Numbered from the stretch's first letter, positions 9,322 through 18,110 are shown. The stretch: 64,000 bases of DNA from Thermoanaerobaculales bacterium (GCA_036351195.1 JAZBOQ010000176.1:514-64513); one strand, 5' to 3'. Notes: generated from the sequence alone by a model not told the origin. Translations and numbers: made by a program.

Positions 9322-10110
9322 TTACACCATCAGCTCGCCTCGCAGTGTGGTGACGGCGGATCCGGCGAGCAGAACACGATCGCCGTTCAGCGTCACGTGC
9401 ACCACACCGCCCCGCGGCGAGGCCTGAAAGCCGATCATCTCGGCTCTCCCGAGCCGTTCTCCCCAGAACGGTGCGAGGCTACAGTGCGCCGACCCCGTCA
9501 CCGGATCCTCGTCGATTCCCACCGCCGGACCGAAGAATCGAGACACGAAGTCGAACTCCGCGGCCGGCGCCGTGACGATGACACCTCGCGCCTCGACCAT
9601 CCCGAGCTTGGAGAAATCAGGCTCGAGGCCCCGCACCACCGCTTCATCCTTCGCCAGCACCAACACGTCGCGAGCGGCGCGGGCGACCAGCACCGGCTCG
9701 AGTCCGAGCGCCTCGGCCAAACCGTTGGGCGGCTCGATCTCCTCCGGCGGGCTGGCGGGAAAGTCGAGCTCGATCCGATCGCCGTCACGCCTCGCGGTCA
9801 GGGTGCCGGAGTGGAGCGTGTGAAACGCAATTTTCTCAGATGGATCGACAACGCCCTCCGTCCACAGGACGTGGGCGCTGGCGAGCGTGGCGTGGCCGCA
9901 CAGCCGGACCTCGCACGCCGGGGTGAACCAGCGCAGTTGGAACCCGTCGCCCCGCGGCACGACGAAGGCGGTCTCGGAGAGGTTCATCTCGAGCGCGATC
10001 GCCTGCATGTGGTCCTCGTCGATAGCGGTATCGAGGAGGCACACCGCCGCGGGGTTGCCCCTGAACGGCTCGTCGGTGAAGGCGTCGACCTGCCAGATCT
10101 TGATCGTCAT
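9322..10110 (-). CDS. PhzF family isomerase-like protein
   Basis: MTIKIWQVDAFTDEPFRGNPAAVCLL, the catalytic-region ETAF, CGHATLASAH and DPVTGSAHC are characteristic PhzF-family strings. The internal start at MTIKIW is preferred. Confidence 0.85.
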   Translation of the reverse strand: MTIKIWQVDAFTDEPFRGNPAAVCLLDTAIDEDHMQAIALEMNLSETAFVVPRGDGFQLRWFTPACEVRLCGHATLASAHVLWTEGVVDPSEKIAFHTLHSGTLTARRDGDRIELDFPASPPEEIEPPNGLAEALGLEPVLVARAARDVLVLAKDEAVVRGLEPDFSKLGMVEARGVIVTAPAAEFDFVSRFFGPAVGIDEDPVTGSAHCSLAPFWGERLGRAEMIGFQASPRGGVVHVTLNGDRVLLAGSAVTTLRGELMV

Positions 10111-10251
10111 CGTCGGTTCCTCCCGTTCGATCCGCACCACGATGTCCGAGAATCGCCCGCTTGGCAATCCCTCAACGGCGCCGGAACGAGAGTAAGATCT
10201 TCGAAGCGTTGCACCACCGTCGCTCGTGGGAGATCAACGGAGGTCCGAACC

Positions 10252-11517
10252 GTGCACGAACCCTATCGCGTCAAGGTTGTCGAGTCGTTGCCGCGGGTTT
10301 CGCCGGCGTCCCGACGTGCGGCGCTCGCCGCCGCCGGCTACAACACCTTCGCCCTTGACGCCGGCGCGGTCGAGATCGACCTGATCTCGGACTCGGGGAC
10401 CGGCGCCATGAGCGCCGCCCAATGGAGCGCGATGAGCGCCGCGCGGGAGGATTTCTCGGGCCAGCAGGCGCACGCGAATTTCGTCGCCGCCGCACGTTCT
10501 CTTTTCGGCTTCGAACACATCCAACCGGTCCACCAGGGACGTGCGGCCGAGAACCTTCTCTTGCCGCTGCTGCTGCGGCGTGGAGACGTCGCGCTGGGCA
10601 ACACCTTCTTCGAGACCACACGGGCCAACATCGAGGCGCTCGGGGCCGAAGCGCGGGACTTGCCGGAGGCCTCTGAGCCGTGGTTCGGCAACATCGATCT
10701 CGACCGTCTCGAACGGACGCTCCGCCGCAACCGGCGGGTGCGACTCGTCGTCATGACCGTGACCAACAACATCATGGGCGGTCAGCCGGTGTCGCTGGAC
10801 AACCTCGCGGCCGCCCGGGCGCTGGCCGACGAGCACCACGTTCTGCTCGCCCTCGACGCCAGCCGCTTCGCCGGCAACGCGGCGATGATCAAGCGGCTGA
10901 CCACATCCCGAAAACCCGTCAGACGGCTCTGCCGGGAGGCCTTCGGACACGCCCACCTCGCCTTCTTGAGCCTCAAGAAGGACGGGCTCGCCAACGTCGG
11001 TGGGGTCATCGCGTTCTCCGACCACGGGCTCCTCGAGCCGCTGGCGCACGAGATCATCCGCGCCGAGTCCTACCCGAGCGCGGGCGGGCTCGCAGCTCGC
11101 GACCTCGCCGCCATGGCGATCGGCCTCACCGAAGCGGTGGACGACCGGACGGTGTTTGATCACGTGGACAAGGTGGCGTTCCTCGGCGACGAGCTCTCAC
11201 GCTGCGGCGCCGATGTCATTCGTCCGACCGGCGCGCACGGCGTCGCCATTCGGCCTCCCGATGGGATCGAGCACGCGGCCCACGCCCTGGCGGCTGGGAT
11301 CTATCTCGAGGGCGGCGTCCGCGCGGGCGTCTTCAACGGCCAGGTCCGGTTCGCCGTTCCCCGGCGGGTGTTCACCCGGGACCACCTCTCGCAGGCCGCC
11401 GAGGTGGTCGGACGGGCCTGCGCCCGTGACCTGCCCGCTCTCGAGTGCGTGCACGCGCCGGCCGAGTTCTTTAGCTTCTTCGCGAGATTCGAGCTCGCCG
11501 GCTCGGACGGGAGGTGA
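10252..11517 (+). CDS. beta-eliminating lyase family PLP enzyme (tryptophanase / tyrosine phenol-lyase-like)
   Basis: EPYRVKVVE, AGYNTF.L....V.IDLISDSGTGAMS..QWSAM, PVHQGRAAENLL and the Lys region LSLKKDGLANVGGV. GTG start 7 nt after GGAGG. The 5' part of the 777-aa track ORF is antisense to phzF and was discarded. Confidence 0.85.
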   Translation: MHEPYRVKVVESLPRVSPASRRAALAAAGYNTFALDAGAVEIDLISDSGTGAMSAAQWSAMSAAREDFSGQQAHANFVAAARSLFGFEHIQPVHQGRAAENLLLPLLLRRGDVALGNTFFETTRANIEALGAEARDLPEASEPWFGNIDLDRLERTLRRNRRVRLVVMTVTNNIMGGQPVSLDNLAAARALADEHHVLLALDASRFAGNAAMIKRLTTSRKPVRRLCREAFGHAHLAFLSLKKDGLANVGGVIAFSDHGLLEPLAHEIIRAESYPSAGGLAARDLAAMAIGLTEAVDDRTVFDHVDKVAFLGDELSRCGADVIRPTGAHGVAIRPPDGIEHAAHALAAGIYLEGGVRAGVFNGQVRFAVPRRVFTRDHLSQAAEVVGRACARDLPALECVHAPAEFFSFFARFELAGSDGR

Positions 11518-11519
11518 CC

Positions 11520-12686
11520 ATGCGCTCGTCGATCGTCGGTGGCCTCGTCGTGCTCGTCGTCGGCGCCGCCGCCGTCGGATCGTTTGCCTCTGAACCCGGG
11601 CAACGGCTCCGGGTCCGCGAGCTCGGCGTCGAACCCGGGGTGCTCGGGCCGGGTCCGCTCAACGCCATCACCGACGTGGCCGGAGTTCGGGTGGGCCACC
11701 ACACCCTGTCCGAGGGCGAGTCGGTGCGAACCGGCGTCACGGCGGTCCTCCCCCACGACGGCAACCTGTTCCAGCGGAAGGTGCCCGCCGCGGTGCACGT
11801 CGGCAACGGCTTCGGCAAGGCTGCCGGGTTCCTGCAGGTGGACGAGCTCGGCCAGCTCGAGACTCCCATCGTCTTGACCAACACCCTCGCGGTGGGAACC
11901 GCGGTCGAGGCGGTGGTTCGGTGGACCCTGGCCCAACCGGTCAACGAGAACGTCCGCTCGGTCAACGCAGTCGTCGGCGAAACCAACGACGGTTACCTCA
12001 ACGACATCCGAGGGATGCACGTCACGCCCGAGCACGTCATCGCGGCCATCGATGCTGCGAAGGGCGGTCCGGTCGCCGAGGGCAGTGTCGGCGCCGGCAC
12101 CGGCACTCGGGCCTTCTGTTGGAAGGGCGGCATCGGAACGTCGTCGCGGCTGCTTCCCGAAAATCGCGGCGGCTGGACCGTCGGCGCCCTGGTTCAGAGC
12201 AACTTCGGCGGGATTCTCACGATCGACGGCGCACCGGTCGGCGAGCGGCTCGGGTGTGTGCCGTTCGAGCTCGGCGAAACCGGCGCGCCTTCGGGCGACG
12301 GCTCGTGTCTCATCGTGCTCGCCACCGATGCCCCGGTGGGCGCCCGCAACCTCGAACGCATGGCTCGTCGCGCCATGCTCGGCCTGGCCCGGACGGGCTC
12401 GTTCGTCAGCAACGGATCCGGCGACTTCGTCATCGCCTTCTCCACGTCGAACATCGAGCCGTATGCTCCCGGAGACCGGGTGCGCTCGACAACGGTCGTG
12501 GAGAACGACCACATGAGCCCGCTCTTCCTCGCCACCGTCGAGGCGGTAGAGGAGGCGGTCTACAACTCGCTGACCCGGGCGACGACCGTGACCGGGTTCC
12601 ATAATCGAACCGTCGAGGCGATTCCGCTGAGTCGGCTCCGCGAGGTCCTGGGACCTACAACAGATTCGGAAGCCGCCGTCCGATGA
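11520..12686 (+). CDS. P1 (S58, DmpA/BapA-type) aminopeptidase with signal peptide
   Basis: GPLNAITDVAGVRVGHHT, VGAGTGT and GETNDGYLND match the DmpA family. The N-terminus MRSSIVGGLVVLVVGAAAVGSFA is signal-like. The start overlaps or abuts the lyase stop (GGAGGTGACCATG). Confidence 0.85.
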   Translation: MRSSIVGGLVVLVVGAAAVGSFASEPGQRLRVRELGVEPGVLGPGPLNAITDVAGVRVGHHTLSEGESVRTGVTAVLPHDGNLFQRKVPAAVHVGNGFGKAAGFLQVDELGQLETPIVLTNTLAVGTAVEAVVRWTLAQPVNENVRSVNAVVGETNDGYLNDIRGMHVTPEHVIAAIDAAKGGPVAEGSVGAGTGTRAFCWKGGIGTSSRLLPENRGGWTVGALVQSNFGGILTIDGAPVGERLGCVPFELGETGAPSGDGSCLIVLATDAPVGARNLERMARRAMLGLARTGSFVSNGSGDFVIAFSTSNIEPYAPGDRVRSTTVVENDHMSPLFLATVEAVEEAVYNSLTRATTVTGFHNRTVEAIPLSRLREVLGPTTDSEAAVR

Positions 12687-13626
12687 TCTCGTCGGCCTGG
12701 GCCATGATGCCGTCGATGAGCTCTCGGCAGGACGGGATGTCGTGGATCAGCCCGGCCACCATCCCGCACGACCAGGCGCCGGCGTCCATCTCGCCGTCGC
12801 CCATCACCCGCGGGTAGACGCCAACGACCTCGTCCTTGATGTCGTCGAACGAAAGCTCGGCGCCGAGGCGGCGTTCCTTCTCGAGCAGCCGCTCGACGGC
12901 GGGGTTGACCATGACGCGCTCGGTGTTGCGAAGCGGGCGCATGACGAGCCGGGTGTCGAGCTCGCTCGCCGCCACGATCGCCTTCTTGACGTTGTCGTGG
13001 ACCGGGGCCTCGCGGGTGGCGATGAACCGGGTTCCCATGTTGATGCCATCCGCGCCGAGGGCGAGCGAGGCCACCAGCGAGCGTCCGTCCGCCATGCCTC
13101 CCGAGGCGACGAAGGGGATCTTCAGCTCGTCCGCGGCGCGCGGCAGGAGGATGAAGTTCGGTATGTCATCCTCGCCGGGGTGGCCGCCGCACTCGAAGCC
13201 GTCCACCGACGCGGCGTCGCACCCGATGGACTCGGCCTTCAGGGCGTGCCGCACCGAGGTGCACTTGTGGATCACCACGACGCCGGCCGCCTTCAATGCG
13301 GGCATGACGGGCTCCGGGTTTCGACCGGCGGTTTCGACGATTGGCACGCCACCCTCGATGATCGCCCGGACATAGCCCGGGTAGTCCGGCGCCGTGACCG
13401 TCGGCAGGAAGGTCAGGTTGACCCCGAAGGGCTTGTCGGTCATCTCGCGGCAGCGGGCGATCTCTCGGCCCAGGTCGTCCGGAGTCTTCTGGGTCAGGGC
13501 GGTGATGATGCCGAGGCCGCCGGCGTTGGAGACCGCGGCGGCCAGCTCGGCAAAACCGACATAGTGCATGCCGCCCTGGATGATGGGATGCCTGATTCCA
13601 AACAGTTCGGTGATTCTGGTTTTCAC
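12655..13626 (-). CDS. nitronate monooxygenase (NMO / 2-nitropropane dioxygenase family) FMN enzyme
   Basis: ITELFGIRHPIIQGGM, AAAVSNAGGLGII and IPFVASGGMADGR are typical NMO strings. GTG start after AAGGGG is preferred to ORF start 13692. Confidence 0.85.
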   Translation of the reverse strand: MKTRITELFGIRHPIIQGGMHYVGFAELAAAVSNAGGLGIITALTQKTPDDLGREIARCREMTDKPFGVNLTFLPTVTAPDYPGYVRAIIEGGVPIVETAGRNPEPVMPALKAAGVVVIHKCTSVRHALKAESIGCDAASVDGFECGGHPGEDDIPNFILLPRAADELKIPFVASGGMADGRSLVASLALGADGINMGTRFIATREAPVHDNVKKAIVAASELDTRLVMRPLRNTERVMVNPAVERLLEKERRLGAELSFDDIKDEVVGVYPRVMGDGEMDAGAWSCGMVAGLIHDIPSCRELIDGIMAQADEIIGRRLPNLL

Positions 13627-13688
13627 GGCGTGATTCCCCTTTTCCCTGCTGGTGATGTCGATCGGTCCGGATGCCGTCGGGACAGGTC

Positions 13689-14171
13689 TCAATCGTGGAC
13701 GGCTTCAGGGACGACCAGTATGGGCGCCGTGCAGCCGACCGCCGAGAGCCGCTCGGCGAGGTCGCGCGATCTCAGGGCCGCGAACCTTGTCCGGCGGCGC
13801 CTTCCGAGCACCACCATGGCGTGCTTCCCGCGATCGAGGTGAGAGATCAATTCCCGGACAGGATCTCCGTCGAGCACGTCGAATGTCCAGCTCGGCCGTT
13901 TCGCGCCGCGCCGCCTTTCGAGGATCTCCTCGATGGTTGATTCGAACGACACCCGCGCCATTTCCGCCTGTTCCTCCAAACATCGTTGGACGTGTTCGAG
14001 GTACTCTTCCCTGCCCTGCGCGTAGATCTCGGTGTAGAACTGTTTCAAGTAGGGGTCGCGGATGTGGACCGGGTTGAGCGTCATGCCTAGGGCCAACGCC
14101 AAATCGAGCGCCCAGCGCACCGCCTCGTCGGTGTGGGGTTGCCCGTCCAGGGCCAGCAGAATGCTAGCCAC
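13689..14171 (-). CDS. universal stress protein (UspA family)
   Basis: ILLALDG....DEAV.WALDLA at the N-terminus and HAMVVLGRRRR......GS..E.L......PILVV at the C-terminus fit the USP fold pattern. Confidence 0.75.
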   Translation of the reverse strand: MASILLALDGQPHTDEAVRWALDLALALGMTLNPVHIRDPYLKQFYTEIYAQGREEYLEHVQRCLEEQAEMARVSFESTIEEILERRRGAKRPSWTFDVLDGDPVRELISHLDRGKHAMVVLGRRRRTRFAALRSRDLAERLSAVGCTAPILVVPEAVHD

Positions 14172-15423
14172 CTCCGACTCGCAGCAGTTCCGTGCCGAGC
14201 AGCAGCACTACGATCAGCCCGAGGATCATTTTGGCCGTCGCCGCACCGGACCCGATGGCGAACGCCGTGCCGCCCGCCTTTTTCATGTCGTCGATGGAGA
14301 TGGACAGGCCGATCCCGGCGAAGCCGATTGCGAAGAACCATTTGTAGACGGCGTCCATGGCCCAGAGAGGCGTGCCCGCGGTTTTGGGTCCGCCGAGGAA
14401 GGCGATACCGGCACTGTTGAGAATGATCAGCGCGAAGAAGCCGAGAATGAAGATGGGGAACTTGGCCCGCATGGTGGCCCAGAAACCGATCTTCTTTCCC
14501 TCGCCCTTGATTCCATAAAACCACACCGCGAAAACGACGATGAGGGGGATGAGCATGATGCGCGCTGCGTTGATCAACACGGCTGTGTTTCGTGCTTCTT
14601 CCCCATACCACTCAGCGGCCGCGATGAGCTGCGCGGTGTTGAGGATCGCGAGTGCGGACCAGGCGCCGAATTGGGGCTCGGAGATCCCCATGGCCTGGCC
14701 GAGGTAGGGCATGATGAAGAGCATGGCCGTCCCGAAGAGCAGAATGGTCCCGATGGCGTAGGCCATGTCGCGCGGCTTGGCGCCGACCACCGGCGCCGTT
14801 GCGATGATGGCCGAGACTCCGCAAACCCCCGTACCGGCGCCCATGATGCCGCCGAGGCCGTCGGATACCCCGTACTTGCGGCTCAGCCACATCACGGCGA
14901 TGGCGGTGCCGAAGATGAACACGGCTGCCAGAAGCATCCCGGTCCCGCCGACCCTCACAACATCCGACCACACATAATGGACTCCCAGGATGATGATCCC
15001 CGGTTTGATCAGCGGTCGAGCGACCGCCACACCGGGCTTGAGAGACTCAGGAATTCCGATGGTATTTCGGATGAGAATGCCCCCGATGAGGAGCATGGCC
15101 ACATACTTGAACTGGAACTTCTGGTACAAGAGCGTGGCCACGGGCCAGGCGTCGCCGACCGATCCGTCCACCTTGTCGAGTGCCTTGTGCTGTTTGGCGA
15201 GCTTGCCTTCGGCCGCGGCGATTGCGGCAGCGTCTCCCGAGGCGGTGGCTTCAACCAGCTCAGTCTCGAGAACGGGGATCGCCGCCGAAGCCACATCGGC
15301 TTTGTGGTACTTGCCCAGCACCTGATCCACGTTCATCACGATCCACGCGAAAACCGCGCAGAAAACCAAACCCGGGATGATCTTGGTCCAACCCGGCACA
15401 ACCAGTGATCGAAGCATCGCCAT
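14164..15423 (-). CDS. polytopic membrane transporter, YeiH/UPF0324-like (putative sulfate-exporter family)
   Basis: About 11 hydrophobic segments. GTILLFGTAMLFIMPYLG...AILNTAQLIAAA resembles UPF0324 proteins. The family call is tentative; the CDS itself is solid, with a GGAGG RBS and a 4-codon overlap with usp. Confidence 0.6.
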   Translation of the reverse strand: MAMLRSLVVPGWTKIIPGLVFCAVFAWIVMNVDQVLGKYHKADVASAAIPVLETELVEATASGDAAAIAAAEGKLAKQHKALDKVDGSVGDAWPVATLLYQKFQFKYVAMLLIGGILIRNTIGIPESLKPGVAVARPLIKPGIIILGVHYVWSDVVRVGGTGMLLAAVFIFGTAIAVMWLSRKYGVSDGLGGIMGAGTGVCGVSAIIATAPVVGAKPRDMAYAIGTILLFGTAMLFIMPYLGQAMGISEPQFGAWSALAILNTAQLIAAAEWYGEEARNTAVLINAARIMLIPLIVVFAVWFYGIKGEGKKIGFWATMRAKFPIFILGFFALIILNSAGIAFLGGPKTAGTPLWAMDAVYKWFFAIGFAGIGLSISIDDMKKAGGTAFAIGSGAATAKMILGLIVVLLLGTELLRVGGG

Positions 15424-15435
15424 CTTCGCCTCCGT

Positions 15436-15597
15436 TCAGAATAGGTACAGCACGCTCTTGAAAAAGCGATGAACGGTATCGGGCGCCGCGATGGAGGCCA
15501 GCATGACGATGCCGGCGATGATCAGTGCCCAGATATCCTCTCGCTTTGCCGACGAGAGGCCCTTCTCCTTGTTCTGCGGATTCTCTTCCGAGCTCAT
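15436..15597 (-). CDS. small (53 aa) single-pass membrane protein, not in the ORF track
   Basis: My translation is MSSEENPQNKEKGLSSAKREDIWALIIAGIVMLASIAAPDTVHRFFKSVLYLF. AAGGGTGA lies upstream of the ATG, and the TGA sits 12 nt before the transporter ATG with the intervening GGAGG. There is one clear TM helix. Confidence 0.45.
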   Translation of the reverse strand: MSSEENPQNKEKGLSSAKREDIWALIIAGIVMLASIAAPDTVHRFFKSVLYLF

Positions 15598-15882
15598 GTC
15601 TCACCCTTCGTTGATGGTTTGCATCCGACCAGCGCCATCCGGCTCAGGAGTTCACACCCGTACCGGGAAGATGCCGGTATCTGAGTTCCGTCTTCTTCCC
15701 ACACCGAAGAAGCGTCACCCTCATCACACCGACCCATTCTAAACGGGAACAAACTTCGAGCTGCCACTGCGAGTCTGCCGATCACCAAGCAATCTTCCGG
15801 CTCGTGCCGGCCGCCGGCCGTGGTCGATCAGCTTCCCTTTAAGGCGCCGCGCAGCCAGGCCGAGGAGGCGCGCAGCACTCGG

Positions 15883-17073
15883 TCAACCGGCAGCCGTCGC
15901 CCTGGCGCCTCGGCTCCTGGCGTAGGCGGCGATATCGGTGACCGCGGCGATGGCCCGGTCGATGTCCTCTTCGGTGGTGAAAGCGCCCACCGAGAAGCGC
16001 ACCGTGCCGTCGATCTCGGCGGTGCCGATCCCTTCGTGAACCCGCGGCGCGCAGTGGAGCCCGGTGCGGGTGATGACGTTGTGCTCGACGTCGAGGAGCT
16101 GGCCGGCCTGGTCGGCGGGCAGGCCGTCGATGTTGAAGACGAAGACCGGCAGGTGGTCGTGGGTCATGTCGGCGCAGTAGGTGGTGATGCCGTCCATGGC
16201 CTCGAGCGCCCTCCACAACCGGGTCGCGTGCACCATCTCCTCTTCGTAGAGGGCCTTGACCCCACCCTTGGAGGCGATCCACCGCTGGCCGGCGAGCAGG
16301 CCGGCGATGCCCATGGTGTTGAGGGTGCCGAACTCGAAACGCCAGGGATAGTCGCGCGGCTGCGAGCGCAGGGCCGACTTGACCCCGGTGCCGCCCGACC
16401 GGCAGGGCATGAGATCCACGTGCTCGGCCATGTACATGCCGCCGGTGCCGGTGGGGCCGAAGAGCGACTTGTGGCCGGTGAAGCAGACGACGTCGATGTT
16501 CATCGCATCCAGGTCGATCTCCACCAGGCCGGCGGTCTGGGCCACGTCGACGGCGAAAAGCACGCCCCGGTCGCGACAGATCCGGCCCACCTCGGCCACC
16601 GGCTGGATGGTGCCGATGACGTTGGACCCGTGGTTCATCACCACGAGCTTGGTGGTGTCCTTGATCTTCGCCTCGATGTCTTCGGGGTGGACGTAGCCCG
16701 CTTCGTCGAACGGCACGAAGTCGACCTCGACGCCGCGCTCGCGCTGCTGGTACATGGGCCGCAGCACCGAGTTGTGCTCGAGGCAGGTGGTGATCGCGTG
16801 ATCCCCCGGCTCCACGACGCTGCCGATGAGCAGGTTCAGGGCGTCGGTGACGTTGAGCGAGAAGACCAACCGGTTGCGGTCAGTCCCGCCGAAGAAATCG
16901 GTCAGCGCCTGGCGGGACTCGAGGAGCACGTCCTCGGCCTCGAGCGCCAGGTCGAACCCGGTGCGCCCGGGGTTCACCCCGCGCTCGGCGTAGAAGTCGC
17001 ACATGAAGCGGATGACCTCCGGCGGCTTGGGAAAGGTCGTGGCGGCGTTGTCGAGGTAGACGAACTCACTCAT
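15883..17073 (-). CDS. class V aminotransferase-fold PLP enzyme, cysteine desulfurase-like
   Basis: VYLDNAATTFPKP, FTGHKSLFGPTGTGGMY (PLP Lys region) and RTGLHCAP (SufS-type active-site Cys loop). Start at MSEFVYLDN, 1 nt after the GntR stop. The longer 522-aa ORF overlaps gntR. Confidence 0.85.
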   Translation of the reverse strand: MSEFVYLDNAATTFPKPPEVIRFMCDFYAERGVNPGRTGFDLALEAEDVLLESRQALTDFFGGTDRNRLVFSLNVTDALNLLIGSVVEPGDHAITTCLEHNSVLRPMYQQRERGVEVDFVPFDEAGYVHPEDIEAKIKDTTKLVVMNHGSNVIGTIQPVAEVGRICRDRGVLFAVDVAQTAGLVEIDLDAMNIDVVCFTGHKSLFGPTGTGGMYMAEHVDLMPCRSGGTGVKSALRSQPRDYPWRFEFGTLNTMGIAGLLAGQRWIASKGGVKALYEEEMVHATRLWRALEAMDGITTYCADMTHDHLPVFVFNIDGLPADQAGQLLDVEHNVITRTGLHCAPRVHEGIGTAEIDGTVRFSVGAFTTEEDIDRAIAAVTDIAAYARSRGARATAAG

Positions 17074-17074
17074 T

Positions 17075-17779
17075 TCACACCTCTGAAATCGGGATGTCGA
17101 CGTGATCGGCGGCGCCCAGTGCCCGCCGGATCCGTTCATAGGAAGCGGTAATCTGTCGTTCCGCACAGGCTCCGGCCGCCGCGGCGTCGCGGCTTCGCAT
17201 GTGGTCGACGAGTTCCTCGTGCTCGGATCGCATCTCGGGCCCGAAATCGCCGAGGTCGAGGCCGAGGTAGAAGAACCGCTGCATGGAGACGAGGAGATCG
17301 CGCAACACCGAGAACAGCCGGTCGTTGCGCGACAGGGACGCCACCTCGAGATGGAAGCCGAGGTTCCGGTCGAGGAACTCGACGTACGAGGCCCAGTCCG
17401 AGTAGGTGTACTCGATGGAGGCGAGAACGGAGAGACGGTCGAGATCCTCATCGGTGGCCCGGGCGACGGCCAACGCCACCGCTCTCGTTTCGATGGCGGT
17501 CCGCAGCTCGAAGCTGTCGGAGATCTCCTTGGGGGAGATCGGGCTCACGAAGTACCCCTTGTACGGAATCGCGGTGAGAAGCCCCTCCTGCTGCAGCCGC
17601 CGACAGGCTTCGCGCACCGGAACCCGGCTCGTGCCGTAGGTGTCCGCCAGCGCCTGCTCCGCGAGAGCGGCTCCCGGCCGGTGGGCCAACGTGATGATGT
17701 CACGCTTGAGGGACCGGTAGACCTCTTCAGCCGCAGTCCGTCGACGCACAGCCGGGGAATGGGCGGGGAGATCGACCAT
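17075..17779 (-). CDS. GntR family transcriptional regulator with FCD-type C-terminal domain
   Basis: YRSLKRDIITLAHRPGAALAEQALADTYGTSRVPVREACRRLQQEGLL is a canonical GntR winged helix-turn-helix, followed by a helical effector domain. Confidence 0.9.
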   Translation of the reverse strand: MVDLPAHSPAVRRRTAAEEVYRSLKRDIITLAHRPGAALAEQALADTYGTSRVPVREACRRLQQEGLLTAIPYKGYFVSPISPKEISDSFELRTAIETRAVALAVARATDEDLDRLSVLASIEYTYSDWASYVEFLDRNLGFHLEVASLSRNDRLFSVLRDLLVSMQRFFYLGLDLGDFGPEMRSEHEELVDHMRSRDAAAAGACAERQITASYERIRRALGAADHVDIPISEV

Positions 17780-17785
17780 GAACAG

Positions 17786-17813
17786 ATTGTATACAATTCG
17801 TATACAACGTCAA
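17786..17813 (-). promoter_or_regulatory. sigma70-like promoter (TTGACG-N16-TACAAT) overlapped by two TTGTATAC(AA) GntR-type operator repeats; probable leaderless transcript
   Basis: The minus strand reads TTGACG ttgtatacgaattgta TACAAT ctgttc ATG. The -10 element ends 6 nt before the gntR ATG. TTGTATACAA (17787-17796) is a perfect palindrome, and a second GTATAC core lies at 17800-17805. Confidence 0.55.
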
Positions 17814-18110
17814 GCCACCCCGCGGGTCCCCTACTCCGCCACTGGCGTGGGCTGCGAGCGGACATGGCATGGACGCCGCCGCTTGCAGGAAACGGCCTTT
17901 CGTCGTAAGCTCATTGTCGGGTGTGGCCGACATCCGTCGCAGATGTCGCCGCTACCCGGATCACCGCTCGACGACGGAGGCCTTCGTGTGGCGAGCCACG
18001 GCTCGCGAGCGTGAACTCGATATCGAGGCCGCTCCGTCGCCCGTGACGTGCACATCGATTCTGGACAGGCCAGATCGATGTCGCATCTCTCTGTGTACCC
18101 GAGGGAAGGT

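Noticed and set aside
9184-10251. N-terminal 356 codons of the 777-aa plus-strand ORF
   Set aside because: This part is antisense to the well-supported phzF-like gene and has an Arg/His/Gly-rich composition. Lyase homology begins only at the GTG at 10252, which has its own GGAGG.
14062-17151. 448-aa (14062-15408) and 443-aa (15820-17151) plus-strand ORFs
   Set aside because: They are antisense shadows of the permease and the class V PLP enzyme, with low-complexity Asp/Gly/Arg/His composition and no recognisable motifs.
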